Positions 1 to 10,390 of a stretch of DNA of 32,000 bases are shown here, one piece after another. This stretch comes from Chitinophagaceae bacterium (GTDB lineage Bacteria; Bacteroidota; Bacteroidia; Chitinophagales; Chitinophagaceae). A program made the translations under genes and the position numbers. The stretch covers positions 1-32,000 of the forward strand of contig JAMLGT010000016.1 in the NCBI GenBank assembly GCA_023957755.1, written 5' to 3'. Below the pieces are notes generated by a model. It saw only the letters and a list, made by a program, of their open reading frames with translations, was not told the DNA's origin and made no database searches. Numbering within the stretch: position 1 is the first letter of the stretch; each line of letters starts with the position of its first letter.

Positions 1-3000
1 CCTGATACTTTGGGTTGTACGGTTCCCATATCCACTAAATCACTTACTTGGGGAACACCAGGATTTGAGGTAATAGAACCATCTGCTAAATATATCATTG
101 GATCTCCTTGATCATTTAAGCCAGCGAATCGATAGGCAAAAAGTGTGAATGGTTGGAATCCTGTTCTCAAACCCAATCTTACAGGAGCATAGAATGCAGA
201 TGTTAATGGCTTGATTAAAGAGGCAGCATCACTTGCTGTTAAGGAATTATACAGACTTACAACCTTTCCTTTATTATATGCTAAGTTTAGATTGCTATGC
301 CACTTAAACCCCTTGTTATCAATGTTTATTGAAGTTAGACTAACTTCTATACCTTTATTATCAATTATTCCGGCATTTCCAAACACAAAGTCAAATCCTG
401 TAAATGGATTCTCTGGAACATTGCCAAGTAAATTTGTAGTATGTTTAAAATAATAATCAAACTCAGCATTAATACGACTTTTTAATATTGAAAAACTTAA
501 GCCAACATTAAAATTATTCGTTTTCTCCCAACTAAGATTTGTATTTCCAGGTGTAACAATTGTATTTGCGTTAATTAAGCCCGATGGCACCCCCCACGCA
601 AATCCTTGTCCTATAATATCATAAGAACTTCCTGTTCCAGGTAAAGGTGAATTCCCTGTAATTCCATAGGTAACTCTAAGTAGAAGGCGATCTATCCATT
701 TTAAATTTGAAAAAAAAGATTCATCAGATACCTTCCAACTTCCGCCAACCGACCAAACTGGCCTAGCCTGTGCAGACACATCTTTCCCAAACAAATTTGA
801 TTCATCATATCGAGTGCTAGCATTCAATGTATATTTCTTTTGAAAGGTATAGGCTCCATTCGCATAATAAGAGATAAATCTGGTATCATTAATGGACTCA
901 ATATATTGATCATTAATTTTATATGTTCCTGATGTATTAATTATGGAATTAGGAATTCCTGCACTAGTCGTAACATAATCTATAGACTTATAAGTAAGCA
1001 TTGATTTATCATAACCTCGAACAGTCGATCTAACAGAAGAATTATAATGTTGCTGGACTTCCATCCCCCCCAAAATGGTTAATTGGTGATATCTGTCTTT
1101 CCAATTTTTATCATAAATAAGTTGATTTCGGATACTCCATTCCTTTGTTATAGTAGAAAAAAGTGATCTTTTACCTCCAGTTGTTGGTAAATAATTTTTA
1201 ACAACAGGGGTAGCAATTGTCATTTTGCCAATTTCTAACTGATTGAAATAGCTACGGACATCATCAAATTGGTGGTTTTCAGTATTTTCCAAAGAACCAC
1301 CATAAAGGCCCTCAAAGCTCAATCCTCTAAAGAGGTCGATATTTATTCCTGAAAGAAATCTACTTTTTAAAGTGTTGGCACCTGTCTCTCCATAGTTAAG
1401 TTCTAAACTCGGGTAATAACTTAAATTGAGTTTTCCCAAATCTGAGATTCCTTCACTTTGATTTTCATATACCCGCCTCAAGGAATCTGTTCTAAATAGC
1501 CAGGACATATCTAACCCATTCCCATGCTCATCCTTAAACGAAGCATATGGAATAAATCTTCCATCAGGTGAAATAGTCGATTTTTCTTTAAGGTTTCTAT
1601 ATACGGCATTTGTAATTATGTATATTTTTAATCGATTTAAAGGACGAAAATCCTGCCTAATATTGAGGCTATAAGAATCGTCACTACTTCCTGGGGAAGA
1701 ACTATAATTTTCAGTAAAACCAATAGAAGCATATATCCCATATTTCATATTATTTGCACTTAATGAAAGTGTGTGATTTCCCATTAATCCACTACGATAC
1801 CATAATTCTTTCATTTGAGCCAAATTATCCATTAAGGCCAAATCTTCAAGTGTTTTATTCTTATAGAAGTCGGGAATCAATTCTGATTTCCCATAAAAAA
1901 AATAATCATGTGGGGCAACAGGGTTTTCACCCTTTATTAAGTCTGGAGTATTGATGGTTGCCCAATCAGTTTTTCCAGCGGAAATATATCCGGGGGTGTT
2001 ATAAATCTCTTTGATAGCTTTAATATAATCTTCTCCTCTTAGCATGGGGAAAACATCAATTTTCGGTTTGCCTTGGAAAGTATAAAACACATCATAATTA
2101 AACTTAAATCCGTCTCCACTTGCATCTTTCGTCGTCAGAACAATAACTCCATTTGCTGCCCTAGCCCCCCAAACTGACGCAGCTGTAGCATCTTTTAATA
2201 TCGTGATATCTTTTATATCAATAGGGTTAATACCGCTTAATGACTCAACCACCATTCCATCAACTACAAAAAGAGGAGAAGACGAGCCATTGACAGTTGT
2301 TAGGCCTCTAATTGATATTGGGAAATAATCGCCTTGCCCCCCCTTGTTCAACGTTAGCCCTGGCACCAAACCATCCATTCGGTCTAGTATATTTAATGAA
2401 TTAGTTCGATTCTTAAAGGTTTCCATTTTGGGTTTTGAAAATGTTCCAGTACTTCTTTCGCGAGAAATCTTTTGATATCCAGTATTTGCAATTACAATTT
2501 CTTGTTGCTGCTCAAAACTAATTGCCAATCTCACGTTTATATTTGTTCGACTCTTAACTTCAACTTCATTCATAAAATACCCAACCATTGAAAAAATCAA
2601 AATAGCGTTTTCGCTTACTTCCTTTAAAGAAAAAAAACCGCTACTATTCGTACTAGTTCCCATATTTGTCCCCTTAATCACTACACTTACTCCTTCCAGG
2701 GGCTTTCCGTTTTCATCGGTTACTACACCCTGCACCTCAATAGTAACGGGCATATCAGCATCTCCTTTTAAGGAATCAAATAATGAAATAGCTCTTGGTT
2801 TGCTTACTACTGTTATAGTCTTGTTTTGAACAGACCAGGTAAAAGGCTGATCGTGAAATACCTGTTTCAGCACTGTTTCTACCGGCTGATTGGTAACATC
2901 AATAGTGACTGGATTGGCTTTCTTTAGAAGATCCACATCATAAAAAAATACATATTCTGACTGCTTTTTGATTATTTTAAAAACCTTTTCCAAAGAAATA

Positions 3001-3143
3001 TTCTTGCCGGATATGCTCACGTTCTGACCGTTTGTACGGGCACTTACCTGCATGAGTCCTAAAAACAAAAAGACAGTTAAAAGTTTCATACCTAGTAAAA
3101 TTTGTCGGGAAACCAATGTTTTTCGTAACTGAAAAAATTGCAT
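1..3143 (-). CDS. SusC-like TonB-dependent receptor with N-terminal STN signalling domain (partial; 3' end lies beyond the window start)
   Basis: Absent from the ORF track because it runs off the edge. My minus-strand translation from ATG 3143 (alternative ATG 3089) gives MQFFQLRKTLVSRQILLGMKLLTVFLFLGLMQVSARTNGQNVSISGKNISLEKVFKIIKKQSEYVFFYDVDLLKKANPVTIDV (STN-type). This is followed by VQGVVTDENGKPLEGVSVVIKGTNMGTSTNSSGFFSL (carboxypeptidase-regulatory-like). At about 2050-2290 it gives PLFVVDGMVVESLSGINPIDIKDITILKDATAASVWGARAANGVIVLTTK (TonB plug). The frame is open at 1-120. It lies directly downstream of FecR and the ECF sigma factor. Confidence 0.85.
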   Translation of the reverse strand, partial: MQFFQLRKTLVSRQILLGMKLLTVFLFLGLMQVSARTNGQNVSISGKNISLEKVFKIIKKQSEYVFFYDVDLLKKANPVTIDVTNQPVETVLKQVFHDQPFTWSVQNKTITVVSKPRAISLFDSLKGDADMPVTIEVQGVVTDENGKPLEGVSVVIKGTNMGTSTNSSGFFSLKEVSENAILIFSMVGYFMNEVEVKSRTNINVRLAISFEQQQEIVIANTGYQKISRERSTGTFSKPKMETFKNRTNSLNILDRMDGLVPGLTLNKGGQGDYFPISIRGLTTVNGSSSPLFVVDGMVVESLSGINPIDIKDITILKDATAASVWGARAANGVIVLTTKDASGDGFKFNYDVFYTFQGKPKIDVFPMLRGEDYIKAIKEIYNTPGYISAGKTDWATINTPDLIKGENPVAPHDYFFYGKSELIPDFYKNKTLEDLALMDNLAQMKELWYRSGLMGNHTLSLSANNMKYGIYASIGFTENYSSSPGSSDDSYSLNIRQDFRPLNRLKIYIITNAVYRNLKEKSTISPDGRFIPYASFKDEHGNGLDMSWLFRTDSLRRVYENQSEGISDLGKLNLSYYPSLELNYGETGANTLKSRFLSGINIDLFRGLSFEGLYGGSLENTENHQFDDVRSYFNQLEIGKMTIATPVVKNYLPTTGGKRSLFSTITKEWSIRNQLIYDKNWKDRYHQLTILGGMEVQQHYNSSVRSTVRGYDKSMLTYKSIDYVTTSAGIPNSIINTSGTYKINDQYIESINDTRFISYYANGAYTFQKKYTLNASTRYDESNLFGKDVSAQARPVWSVGGSWKVSDESFFSNLKWIDRLLLRVTYGITGNSPLPGTGSSYDIIGQGFAWGVPSGLINANTIVTPGNTNLSWEKTNNFNVGLSFSILKSRINAEFDYYFKHTTNLLGNVPENPFTGFDFVFGNAGIIDNKGIEVSLTSINIDNKGFKWHSNLNLAYNKGKVVSLYNSLTASDAASLIKPLTSAFYAPVRLGLRTGFQPFTLFAYRFAGLNDQGDPMIYLADGSITSNPGVPQVSDLVDMGTVQPKVS

Positions 3144-3250
3144 AGTTTTGATTGTTTGAAGGTAAATAATAATTGAGCGTAAGGTTTTTGTTTATCATTT
3201 TCAAACGACCCCGGAAATGTTCGCTGCATTTCCGGTTTTGTTTTTATACT

Positions 3251-4501
3251 TTAAGGTTTTACAATTAATTTCTTTCCCTGTATTTCAAAATTTATTTTGT
3301 TTTGGCTGAGTAATTTCATTACCTGACTTAGTGTAAGACTCTTTTGTATCTCACCGGCAAATCTCCGTTTCGGGATGCTACCTTCGTATTCTACATCCAC
3401 ATCATACCACCTGGCAAGCTGTCCCATCACGACCTCAATATCTGCATTGTCAAAATAGAACAGCCCATTCTTCCAGCTAATCACTTCCTCAGTATTCACA
3501 TCTTTTCTTATTTCCATGCTATTACCGGAAATCCTTGCCTGCTCGCCTGGCTGCAATACAGCACTTTGACTTCCAGCGCTAACGTTCACTTTCCCCTCAA
3601 GAAGGGTCGTCTTAAACGTACCATCATCTCCATACGCATTTACATTAAAATGAGTTCCCAACACCCTAATATCCATCTTTCCTGTACTCACAAAAAAGGG
3701 CTTTGAAGCATCATGTGCCACTTCAAAATACCCTTCGCCTGTGAGTGTTACTTTTCTTTCATTGCCCATAAAGGCAGTGGGGTAAGTGAGTGATGATGCG
3801 GCATTCAGCCATACTTTGCTACCATCGGCAAGCACTAACTGGTACTGACCACCGCGGGGAGTGGAGATGGTGTTGTAAGTTGTGGATTGTGGGGTGTGAG
3901 TTTCAGGTTTCAGGTTTCCGGTTTCGGAATTATAAGCGATTTGGCCGTCGTTGAGTTTAATGACGGTAATGTTTCCCTGTCTGGTGATAGCGCCGTTATT
4001 GGCGGAGTCCAGAATGATTTTCGTACCATCGGCGAGGGTGAGAATGGCTTTGTTGCCGCCGGGGGCGATATCGGTCTGAACTTTTTCTTTTGTTTTACTA
4101 TCTGCAATTAACTTATCATCTGACGAAAACTTTGATATCAGAAAGTAGGCAGACAAGCCTAAAAGTACTACCACAGAAGCAGCTACCCACCACCTTCTGG
4201 ACCTGTGAGTTGACATCGGAATCACTTTTTCATTTTCCTCCTGCTCTATTACAGTCATTGCCCGTTGGAACGATGTGCGAATTACCTTTTCATCGGGCCA
4301 TTCCGGATTACGAGACCTTACTTCCCTGATAATGGTGACAGCATCTTCCAAAACATACTTCCTCTCCGGATATTTATTCAGAAAATCATTCCAGAACTTA
4401 TCTTTCTCAGCATCTGGACTTATCAGCCAATCCTGAAACCATTCATCGGTAATAAAATCACCGCACTCAAAACTTTTATAGTCGTCAATCGTATGCATCA
4501 T
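3251..4501 (-). CDS. FecR-family anti-sigma factor / transmembrane sensor
   Basis: 416-aa ORF. The N-terminal cytoplasmic part is followed by one TM helix (WWVAASVVVLLGLSAYFLI). The periplasmic FecR-like region contains GGNKAILTLADGTKIILD and RKVTLTGEGYFEV, and the C-terminal part (WKNGLFYFDNADIEVVMGQLARWYDV) is typical of Bacteroidota anti-sigma factors. It sits between the ECF sigma gene and an STN-bearing receptor. Confidence 0.85.
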   Translation of the reverse strand: MMHTIDDYKSFECGDFITDEWFQDWLISPDAEKDKFWNDFLNKYPERKYVLEDAVTIIREVRSRNPEWPDEKVIRTSFQRAMTVIEQEENEKVIPMSTHRSRRWWVAASVVVLLGLSAYFLISKFSSDDKLIADSKTKEKVQTDIAPGGNKAILTLADGTKIILDSANNGAITRQGNITVIKLNDGQIAYNSETGNLKPETHTPQSTTYNTISTPRGGQYQLVLADGSKVWLNAASSLTYPTAFMGNERKVTLTGEGYFEVAHDASKPFFVSTGKMDIRVLGTHFNVNAYGDDGTFKTTLLEGKVNVSAGSQSAVLQPGEQARISGNSMEIRKDVNTEEVISWKNGLFYFDNADIEVVMGQLARWYDVDVEYEGSIPKRRFAGEIQKSLTLSQVMKLLSQNKINFEIQGKKLIVKP

Positions 4502-4568
4502 AGCTTGTATAATTAAATAGTGTAGGCATGATGAAATTTTACCCCATCAACCCCGAAAAATTTTCAGA

Positions 4569-5138
4569 TTATTTTAATAATTGGATATGAGAAAGCCCAA
4601 TCAGGAAAATCCTCAATAGCCCTTTCAACTGAAGTAATGCCCTGGCTACTATCTTATAAGTAGCCTTTTGGGTAATACCCATAATGGAAGCGACCTCCTC
4701 ATACGGAAGTTCTTCATAAAATCTCAGATGTATGGCTTCTCTCTGCCTTTCAGTAAGCGATTCAAAAGCAGCCTGAAGGCTGTTTGAAAGATGCTTTTCA
4801 TGGTCTTTGCGAAAGAATGATTCTTCTGTAGTATTATCCTGCCGGTCATCTTCAGATTTAATCGCTACCAATTTATTCTGCTTTCGCAGCCGGTCATACA
4901 GGCTATACCGGAAGGTAGTATAGAAATAAGTTTTCGGGTACTGAATGGTATGCAGTTCATTTCTTTTTCTCCAGAGAGTGATCAATGCTTCCTGAGCGGC
5001 ATCTTCAATCAGAGCCTCATCATCCGTAATCTTTTTCCCATAATCAAAAAATTTCCGGAAGAGAAAAAAATACAATTCTTCATAAGCGCCTTTATCGCCC
5101 TGTGCTATCTTTTCCCATATATCCACCGATAGTGACAT
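4569..5138 (-). CDS. ECF-type RNA polymerase sigma-70 factor
   Basis: 189 aa. Region-2-like segment (YEELYFFLFRKFFDYGKKITDDEALIEDAAQEALITLW) and region-4 HTH (LTERQREAIHLRFYEELPYEEVASIMGITQKATYKIVARAL). First gene of the sigma/anti-sigma/receptor triad. Confidence 0.85.
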   Translation of the reverse strand: MSLSVDIWEKIAQGDKGAYEELYFFLFRKFFDYGKKITDDEALIEDAAQEALITLWRKRNELHTIQYPKTYFYTTFRYSLYDRLRKQNKLVAIKSEDDRQDNTTEESFFRKDHEKHLSNSLQAAFESLTERQREAIHLRFYEELPYEEVASIMGITQKATYKIVARALLQLKGLLRIFLIGLSHIQLLK

Positions 5139-5804
5139 AAGTAAGAAACATGTACAGGCTTCAAAGTTATAGGAATTGATATTCTTTCTTCCTCCCTCCC
5201 GTCAGAAGCGTATAATAAGAAAATTTCAAAATGAGGCAGGAAAATCAATAGCCCTTTGGGTCAGAGTTTCATGTATTTAATTAAATGGGACTTATAGGAT
5301 ATTTTGAAAGGCCACTCACTAAATGTGAAAGATTAAAACATATAAATTGAAACACTACAAATCCATTTAGGCAATGAATCAGGTTAGCGACACAAAAATT
5401 ATTAATAAAACTATTTCCTCCCGGGAAAAATCATATCCCGGCATTCTTTAAAAATTCCGCGTTGACGTTTCCACTCATCTCCAACAGTTCTTCCAAACCA
5501 GGAAACGCATTGTAATCAATAGAAATCCCAAAAAATAGTGGCATCTGTATCAGTTAGTCCATTCAAGTTTTTCTTCCCAAGCCTTAAAATCAGAACTCTT
5601 TAGCTCTTATTTTGCGGAGTAAATCCTAAAATTATTTTCTCCAAACCACTGTAAAAAGAGATAGTATTTCATTGCAAAAATGAAAACACACACTGAGTAT
5701 GGTAGTTCCCATACTACAACGTGAAATACTTTGAGCAAAGCTATTTAGACATTTGGGCTTCCTAGAGAAAGTATAGACCCTGATAAAATCAAATAAGAAT
5801 TACC

Positions 5805-6617
5805 TCACTTCTCCATCTGCTCAATAACCGACTGGGTAACACCTGTGGTGGAGAATCCGCCATCGTGAAACAGATTTTGCATAGTAACATATTTCGTGAG
5901 GTCGCTAAATAAGCTTGCTACATAATTTGCGCATGCTTCTGCATCTGCATTGCCGAGCGGGCTCATCTTCTCTGCATAAGAAATAAAACCATCAAAGCCC
6001 TTCACTCCACTGCCGGCAGTAGTGCGGGTAGGCGATTGGGAAATGGTGTTTACACGTACTTTCTTCTTCAGTGCATAATGATACCCAAAACTACGCGTGA
6101 TGCTCTCCAATAACGCTTTGGCATCCGCCATCTCACTATAATCGGGGAATACCCTCTGTGCTGCAATGTAGGTAAGCGCCACTACACTCCCCCATTCGTT
6201 CAGCGCATCATTCTTCCAGCAGGTGGCTAACAAACGATGCAGGCTGGTGGCAGAGATATCGAGTGTCTTCTGATTGAAACCGTAATCTATTTCTGTATAT
6301 GACTTGCCTTTGCGCATATTCAGACTCATGCCCACGCTATGAAGTACGAAGTCGAAACTTCCTCCAAAATGTTCCATTGATTTCGCAATAAGATTTTGCA
6401 TATCCTCATTGCTGGTCACATCGCACGGGATTACAGGCGCACTTATCTTCTCAGCGAGCTTGTTTATCTCTCCCATCCTCATTGCCACAGGCGCATTTGT
6501 CAATACTATTTGAGCACCTTCTTCATGGCAGCGTAATGCAGTAATCCAGGCGATGGATCTCTCGTCTAATGCTCCGAAAATAATTCCCTTTTTTCCTTTC
6601 AATAAGTTGTAACTCAT
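5805..6617 (-). CDS. fabI: Enoyl-[acyl-carrier-protein] reductase (NADH), FabI
   Basis: 270-aa SDR-fold protein with a FabI-type N-terminus (LLKGKKGIIFGALDERSIAW), a Tyr...Lys active-site region (LTYIAAQRVFPDYSEMADAKALLES) and ISQSPTRTTAGSGV. ATG start at 6617. Confidence 0.9.
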   Translation of the reverse strand: MSYNLLKGKKGIIFGALDERSIAWITALRCHEEGAQIVLTNAPVAMRMGEINKLAEKISAPVIPCDVTSNEDMQNLIAKSMEHFGGSFDFVLHSVGMSLNMRKGKSYTEIDYGFNQKTLDISATSLHRLLATCWKNDALNEWGSVVALTYIAAQRVFPDYSEMADAKALLESITRSFGYHYALKKKVRVNTISQSPTRTTAGSGVKGFDGFISYAEKMSPLGNADAEACANYVASLFSDLTKYVTMQNLFHDGGFSTTGVTQSVIEQMEK

Positions 6618-6669
6618 ACTTGCTGATTTATTATTTGACCGAAAGTAAAATTTTTCTTTGTAATGGCAC

Positions 6670-8319
6670 TTAATTCATTAATTCTCTCGCATTTTCAAAA
6701 GCTGCCGCCGTCGGATTCTCTCCGCTCAGCATAGTCGCAATGGCGTGCAGGTGCTCTTCATGGTTCAGCTTCTTTATCCCCGTCCTCACTTTGCCGCCTT
6801 TCATTTCCTTATATACATAGAAATGAATTGAAGCCTTCGCAGCAATTTGGGGCTGATGAGTTATTAAAATAATCTGATGCTCATTAGAGAGTTCTTTTAT
6901 AATATTTGCCACCTGCTTCGAAGCTTCTCCGCTGATTCCTGAATCTATTTCGTCAAAGATCAGGGTAGGCAGACTGACACTGCGTGCAATCAGCGACTTG
7001 ATAATTAACATCAGTCTGCTCAGTTCGCCGCCACTTGCCACTTTGCGCACCGGTTGAAAAGTGGTCTTATTAGCATTAAACAGAAACTCTACCTCATCGG
7101 TCCCTGATTCTGTTAACTGCTCACGCTTCGTCAATTCTACTTTAAACGAGGCATTAGGCATACCCACAATCCCCAGAAGATTATTTACTTTCTTCGAAAA
7201 AGCAGGGATCTGTTTACTTCTTGCTTCGGATATTTTTCCGGCTGCCTGTCTTAGAGTTGATAATAGCACTTGTGCCTCCTTATCCATTCTTTCAATAGCA
7301 CCTGTCAGGTCTGCAACTGCATTTATCTTACCATTCAGTTCCTCCTTAATAGCCAGTAATTCAGCCGTGGTCTGCACTTTATGCTTTTTCATCAGCATAT
7401 TACCCAGGTCAAGTCGGGCATTGATTGTGGCCATGTGCGACTCATTAAAGGAAATCTCATCATTGACCTTCTCCAACTCATAAGAAATATCTTTCAACTC
7501 GATCAAGGATGACTGCAAACGCTCTTCAATCTGTTGCAATGCAGGCACCAGCGACACCACTGACGCCATCCTGGAAATTCGGGATTTCAACTGGTTCAAC
7601 ATCGGGTCTTCTCCCTCATTGAGAAAAAACAAAACCTCTGATAGTGTATTCTTGATATTTTCCGCATTGGAAATCAGGCGCGATTCGGTTTCCAGATCTT
7701 CAATTTCGTTTGGGCCAAAATTAGCTTTCTCCAATTCTTCAAAAAGAAACCGGTTATAATCGGCTTCCTGCGACATACGCTCCTGTTCATCCCTAAGAGT
7801 TTCAAGACGCTGTCTGAGCAATTTGTAATCGTTGAATAATTGTTGGTATTTATGAAGCCCGGGCTCATTGCCTGCAAGTGCATCCAGTACTTCAAGTTGA
7901 AAATCTTTCTTATTAAGCTCCAGTGTATCGAACTGGCGATGCAGGTCCACCAAAAAAGAAGATAGTTCCTTCAGTTGAGTCAGAGAAGCTGGCGTATCAT
8001 TAATAAATGCTCTGGATTTCCCATTAGGCATGATCTCCCTTCTTACTATAACTTCATCTCCGGTATCGAGCTCATTATCCTGAAGGAACGATTTCAATGC
8101 CTTCCCACGATCATTAAATAGTGCTTCTATGATACATTTCTTTTCTTTATCCAAAAGCATCGACGTTTCAGCTCTATCACCCAGCACAAGACTCAATGCT
8201 CCCATTAGAATACTCTTTCCCGCACCTGTTTCGCCGGTGATGATATTGAGATTATCGGCAAACTGAATTGTGAGCGAATCGATGATCGCATAATTCTTTA
8301 TATCGAGTTGCTGGAGCAT
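6670..8319 (-). CDS. recN: DNA repair protein RecN
   Basis: SMC-like protein. The N-terminus MLQQLDIKNYAIIDSLTIQF carries a Walker A motif (GETGAGKS). A long coiled-coil middle is followed by a C-terminal signature/Walker B region (ASGGELSRLMLIIKSL...TLIFDEIDSGISG). The track start at 8331 is a TTG; the ATG at 8319 gives the canonical RecN N-terminus. Confidence 0.92.
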   Translation of the reverse strand: MLQQLDIKNYAIIDSLTIQFADNLNIITGETGAGKSILMGALSLVLGDRAETSMLLDKEKKCIIEALFNDRGKALKSFLQDNELDTGDEVIVRREIMPNGKSRAFINDTPASLTQLKELSSFLVDLHRQFDTLELNKKDFQLEVLDALAGNEPGLHKYQQLFNDYKLLRQRLETLRDEQERMSQEADYNRFLFEELEKANFGPNEIEDLETESRLISNAENIKNTLSEVLFFLNEGEDPMLNQLKSRISRMASVVSLVPALQQIEERLQSSLIELKDISYELEKVNDEISFNESHMATINARLDLGNMLMKKHKVQTTAELLAIKEELNGKINAVADLTGAIERMDKEAQVLLSTLRQAAGKISEARSKQIPAFSKKVNNLLGIVGMPNASFKVELTKREQLTESGTDEVEFLFNANKTTFQPVRKVASGGELSRLMLIIKSLIARSVSLPTLIFDEIDSGISGEASKQVANIIKELSNEHQIILITHQPQIAAKASIHFYVYKEMKGGKVRTGIKKLNHEEHLHAIATMLSGENPTAAAFENARELMN

Positions 8320-8419
8320 TTCGACGGGCAAATTACAATATTATTGGCTTGCCATTCAGGGAACACCATTCTTTTTTCAATATCTTATTTGAATTAGTTG
8401 CAGCGCAATTTCAGAGCAA

Positions 8420-8447
8420 TAAAAAAGGCGCTGGTTCTCCGGCGCCT
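8420..8447 (-). terminator. Rho-independent terminator after the zinc-ribbon gene
   Basis: GC-rich 6-bp stem (aggcgc 8426-8431 / gcgcct 8442-8447) with a 10-nt loop, followed on the minus strand by a T-run (plus-strand A-run 8420-8426). It lies 23 nt downstream of the stop at 8470. Confidence 0.55.
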
Positions 8448-8469
8448 GAATTCGTTCGATAGGATAACT

Positions 8470-9225
8470 TTACTTGATTTCTACTCCGTTGTTGAGTTCG
8501 TCGTCCACCAAAATACGACCGCAGTTTTCACAAACAATGATCTTCTTCCTCTGGCGGATTTCACTCTGCACCTGAGGGGGTACGGCGTTGAAGCAACCAC
8601 CACAGGCATCTCTTTCGACGGGTACTACGGACAAACCGTTTCTATAATTCTTTCTGATACGATCGTAGCTGTGCAGCAGTCTTGGCTCTACATCTTCACG
8701 GGCAGTAACTTCCATCTTCTTAAAATGCTTCTCTTCCTTGTCTGTTTCGTGAATGATCTTCTCCAATTCCGCTTTCTTGGTCTTGAGGTTGGCATCCTTA
8801 TTTTCAATAGCCTTTTTGGCAGCCTCCAGATGCTCTGCTTTCTCTACCATATCCTCTGTGGCATCTTTAATATGTTTTTCAGCCAATTTGATATCAAGTG
8901 TCTGCATTTCAATCTCCTTGCTGATTGCCTCAAACTCACGATTGTTCTTTACGTTCTCACTCTGCTTTTCATATTTCTTTTTCAGTTCCTGAGCATTCTT
9001 GATTTGCTCCTTCTTATCTTCAATAAATTGAGTGATTCCGTTAATCTCTTCTTCAATACGGTTACGGCGCGAATTGAGTCCGGCAATTTCATCTTCCAGA
9101 TCACTAACCTCCATAGGTAACTCTCCCTTTAGCACTTCGATTTCATCCAGTTTACTGTCGATCTTTTGCAGCTTTACGAGTGAAGCAAGTTTTTCTTCAA
9201 TTGAAAAATCTTTTACCTGAGCCAT
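8470..9225 (-). CDS. Coiled-coil protein with C-terminal C4 zinc ribbon (COG1579-type)
   Basis: 251 aa, Lys/Glu-rich coiled coil ending in CGGCFNAVPPQVQSEIRQRKKIIVCENCGRIL (CxxC...CxxC). It lies immediately downstream of a NIF3 gene, a widely conserved pairing. Confidence 0.75.
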   Translation of the reverse strand: MAQVKDFSIEEKLASLVKLQKIDSKLDEIEVLKGELPMEVSDLEDEIAGLNSRRNRIEEEINGITQFIEDKKEQIKNAQELKKKYEKQSENVKNNREFEAISKEIEMQTLDIKLAEKHIKDATEDMVEKAEHLEAAKKAIENKDANLKTKKAELEKIIHETDKEEKHFKKMEVTAREDVEPRLLHSYDRIRKNYRNGLSVVPVERDACGGCFNAVPPQVQSEIRQRKKIIVCENCGRILVDDELNNGVEIK

Positions 9226-9278
9226 AAATTAATTGTATATGTTTTTAAGTTTAGAGCCTTAAATCCAACTTCCGGGAA

Positions 9279-10376
9279 TCAATACAAATATCGTACGGGA
9301 TTGGTCTTACGCTCCGTTTTTAGGACGGCAAAGGTAGGAAAATTCTTTTGTAAATAGGTAGCCAAAAGTTCTACTGTATATTGCTCTGTCTCATAATGCC
9401 CCGCATCAGCCAGGAGTATTTCGCCATCCGCCTCAAAAAACTCGTGATATTTGATATCTGCTGTGATATATACCTGGGCGCCTGCCGCCTTTGCCGATGG
9501 CAAAAGAAAAAACCCTGAACCGCCGCACAATGCGACCCTGCTCACCTTCCTCCCAAGAAAATCAGTATGGCGGATTACCTCGGCATTCAAAAGGTCTTTT
9601 ACCATATATAATAATTCCATTTCATCCATTTCCTCCTCTAAATCACCTACAATGCCACTACCAATTGTGGATACGGTATTATCCAGCGTAGTTATATAAA
9701 AGGCTACTTCTTCATAAGGGTGCGATTCGCGCAATGCGTTTACAAGGCCTATTTCTGCAAATGCCGGAAAAATCATCTCCATCCTCACCTCCTTTTCGTA
9801 ATGCCTTTCACCCTTATTCCCTACGAATGGATTTGCATCCTCAAGCGCTCTGAAGGTACCGGTGCCTTCCAGATTAAAGCTACATTCGTCATAATTACTA
9901 ATAAACCCGCCCCCGGAAGCAAACAGGGCGCTACGCACTTTTTCGGCATGATCTACAGGCACAAAGGTTACCAGTTTCTTCAATCCGTCCCGTTTCTCAT
10001 CCAGCACCCTGGTATTCGTCAGCCCGATTAACCCAGCAAGCATTCCATTGACACCGTGAAGCACATTATCCAGGTTGGTATGTATTGCATAGACAGACAG
10101 ATTTTCTCTGATGGCCTTCATCACAACCCTTTGCACCAGGCCATCACCTGTCAGTCGCTTTAGCCCCTTAAATATTATGGGATGATGGGCCACAATGAGA
10201 TTGCAACCCTTTTGGATAGCCTCGTCTAACACTTCCTCCGTTACATCCAGTGTCACAAGCACACCTGAGCAATCAAGTTGACGGTCACCGACAAGGAATC
10301 CCGAATTATCATAGGGCTCCTGCAACTGCGGAGGGGCCAAACGATTCAGAAAAGCCGTTACTTCAGCGATTTTCAT
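9279..10376 (-). CDS. Nif3-like dinuclear metal centre protein (YbgI/NIF3 family, long form with inserted domain)
   Basis: 365 aa. N-terminal NIF3 pattern (YDNSGFLVGD, LIVAHHPIIFKGLKRL, VYAIHTNLD) and C-terminal half (VALCGGSGFFLL, ITADIKYHEF...AGHYETE), with a roughly 100-aa insert between them. Confidence 0.85.
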   Translation of the reverse strand: MKIAEVTAFLNRLAPPQLQEPYDNSGFLVGDRQLDCSGVLVTLDVTEEVLDEAIQKGCNLIVAHHPIIFKGLKRLTGDGLVQRVVMKAIRENLSVYAIHTNLDNVLHGVNGMLAGLIGLTNTRVLDEKRDGLKKLVTFVPVDHAEKVRSALFASGGGFISNYDECSFNLEGTGTFRALEDANPFVGNKGERHYEKEVRMEMIFPAFAEIGLVNALRESHPYEEVAFYITTLDNTVSTIGSGIVGDLEEEMDEMELLYMVKDLLNAEVIRHTDFLGRKVSRVALCGGSGFFLLPSAKAAGAQVYITADIKYHEFFEADGEILLADAGHYETEQYTVELLATYLQKNFPTFAVLKTERKTNPVRYLY

Positions 10377-10390
10377 ATTGAAGATTTGCC

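Noticed and set aside
5431-5544. A 37-aa minus-strand ORF (MPLFFGISIDYNAFPGLEELLEMSGNVNAEFLKNAGI) inside the 666-nt non-coding gap between the ECF sigma gene and fabI. It could be a remnant of a decayed gene.
   Set aside because: It is too short, I recognise no family, and I see no obvious ribosome-binding or promoter context. I cannot distinguish it from chance without a database search (tblastn/HMM of 5139-5804).
5694-5716. Hairpin agtatgg-N6-ccatact downstream of fabI, considered as a terminator.
   Set aside because: The stem is a perfect 7 bp, but it is AT-rich, lies about 90 nt from the stop, and lacks a clean T-run on the minus strand. That is not enough to call it.
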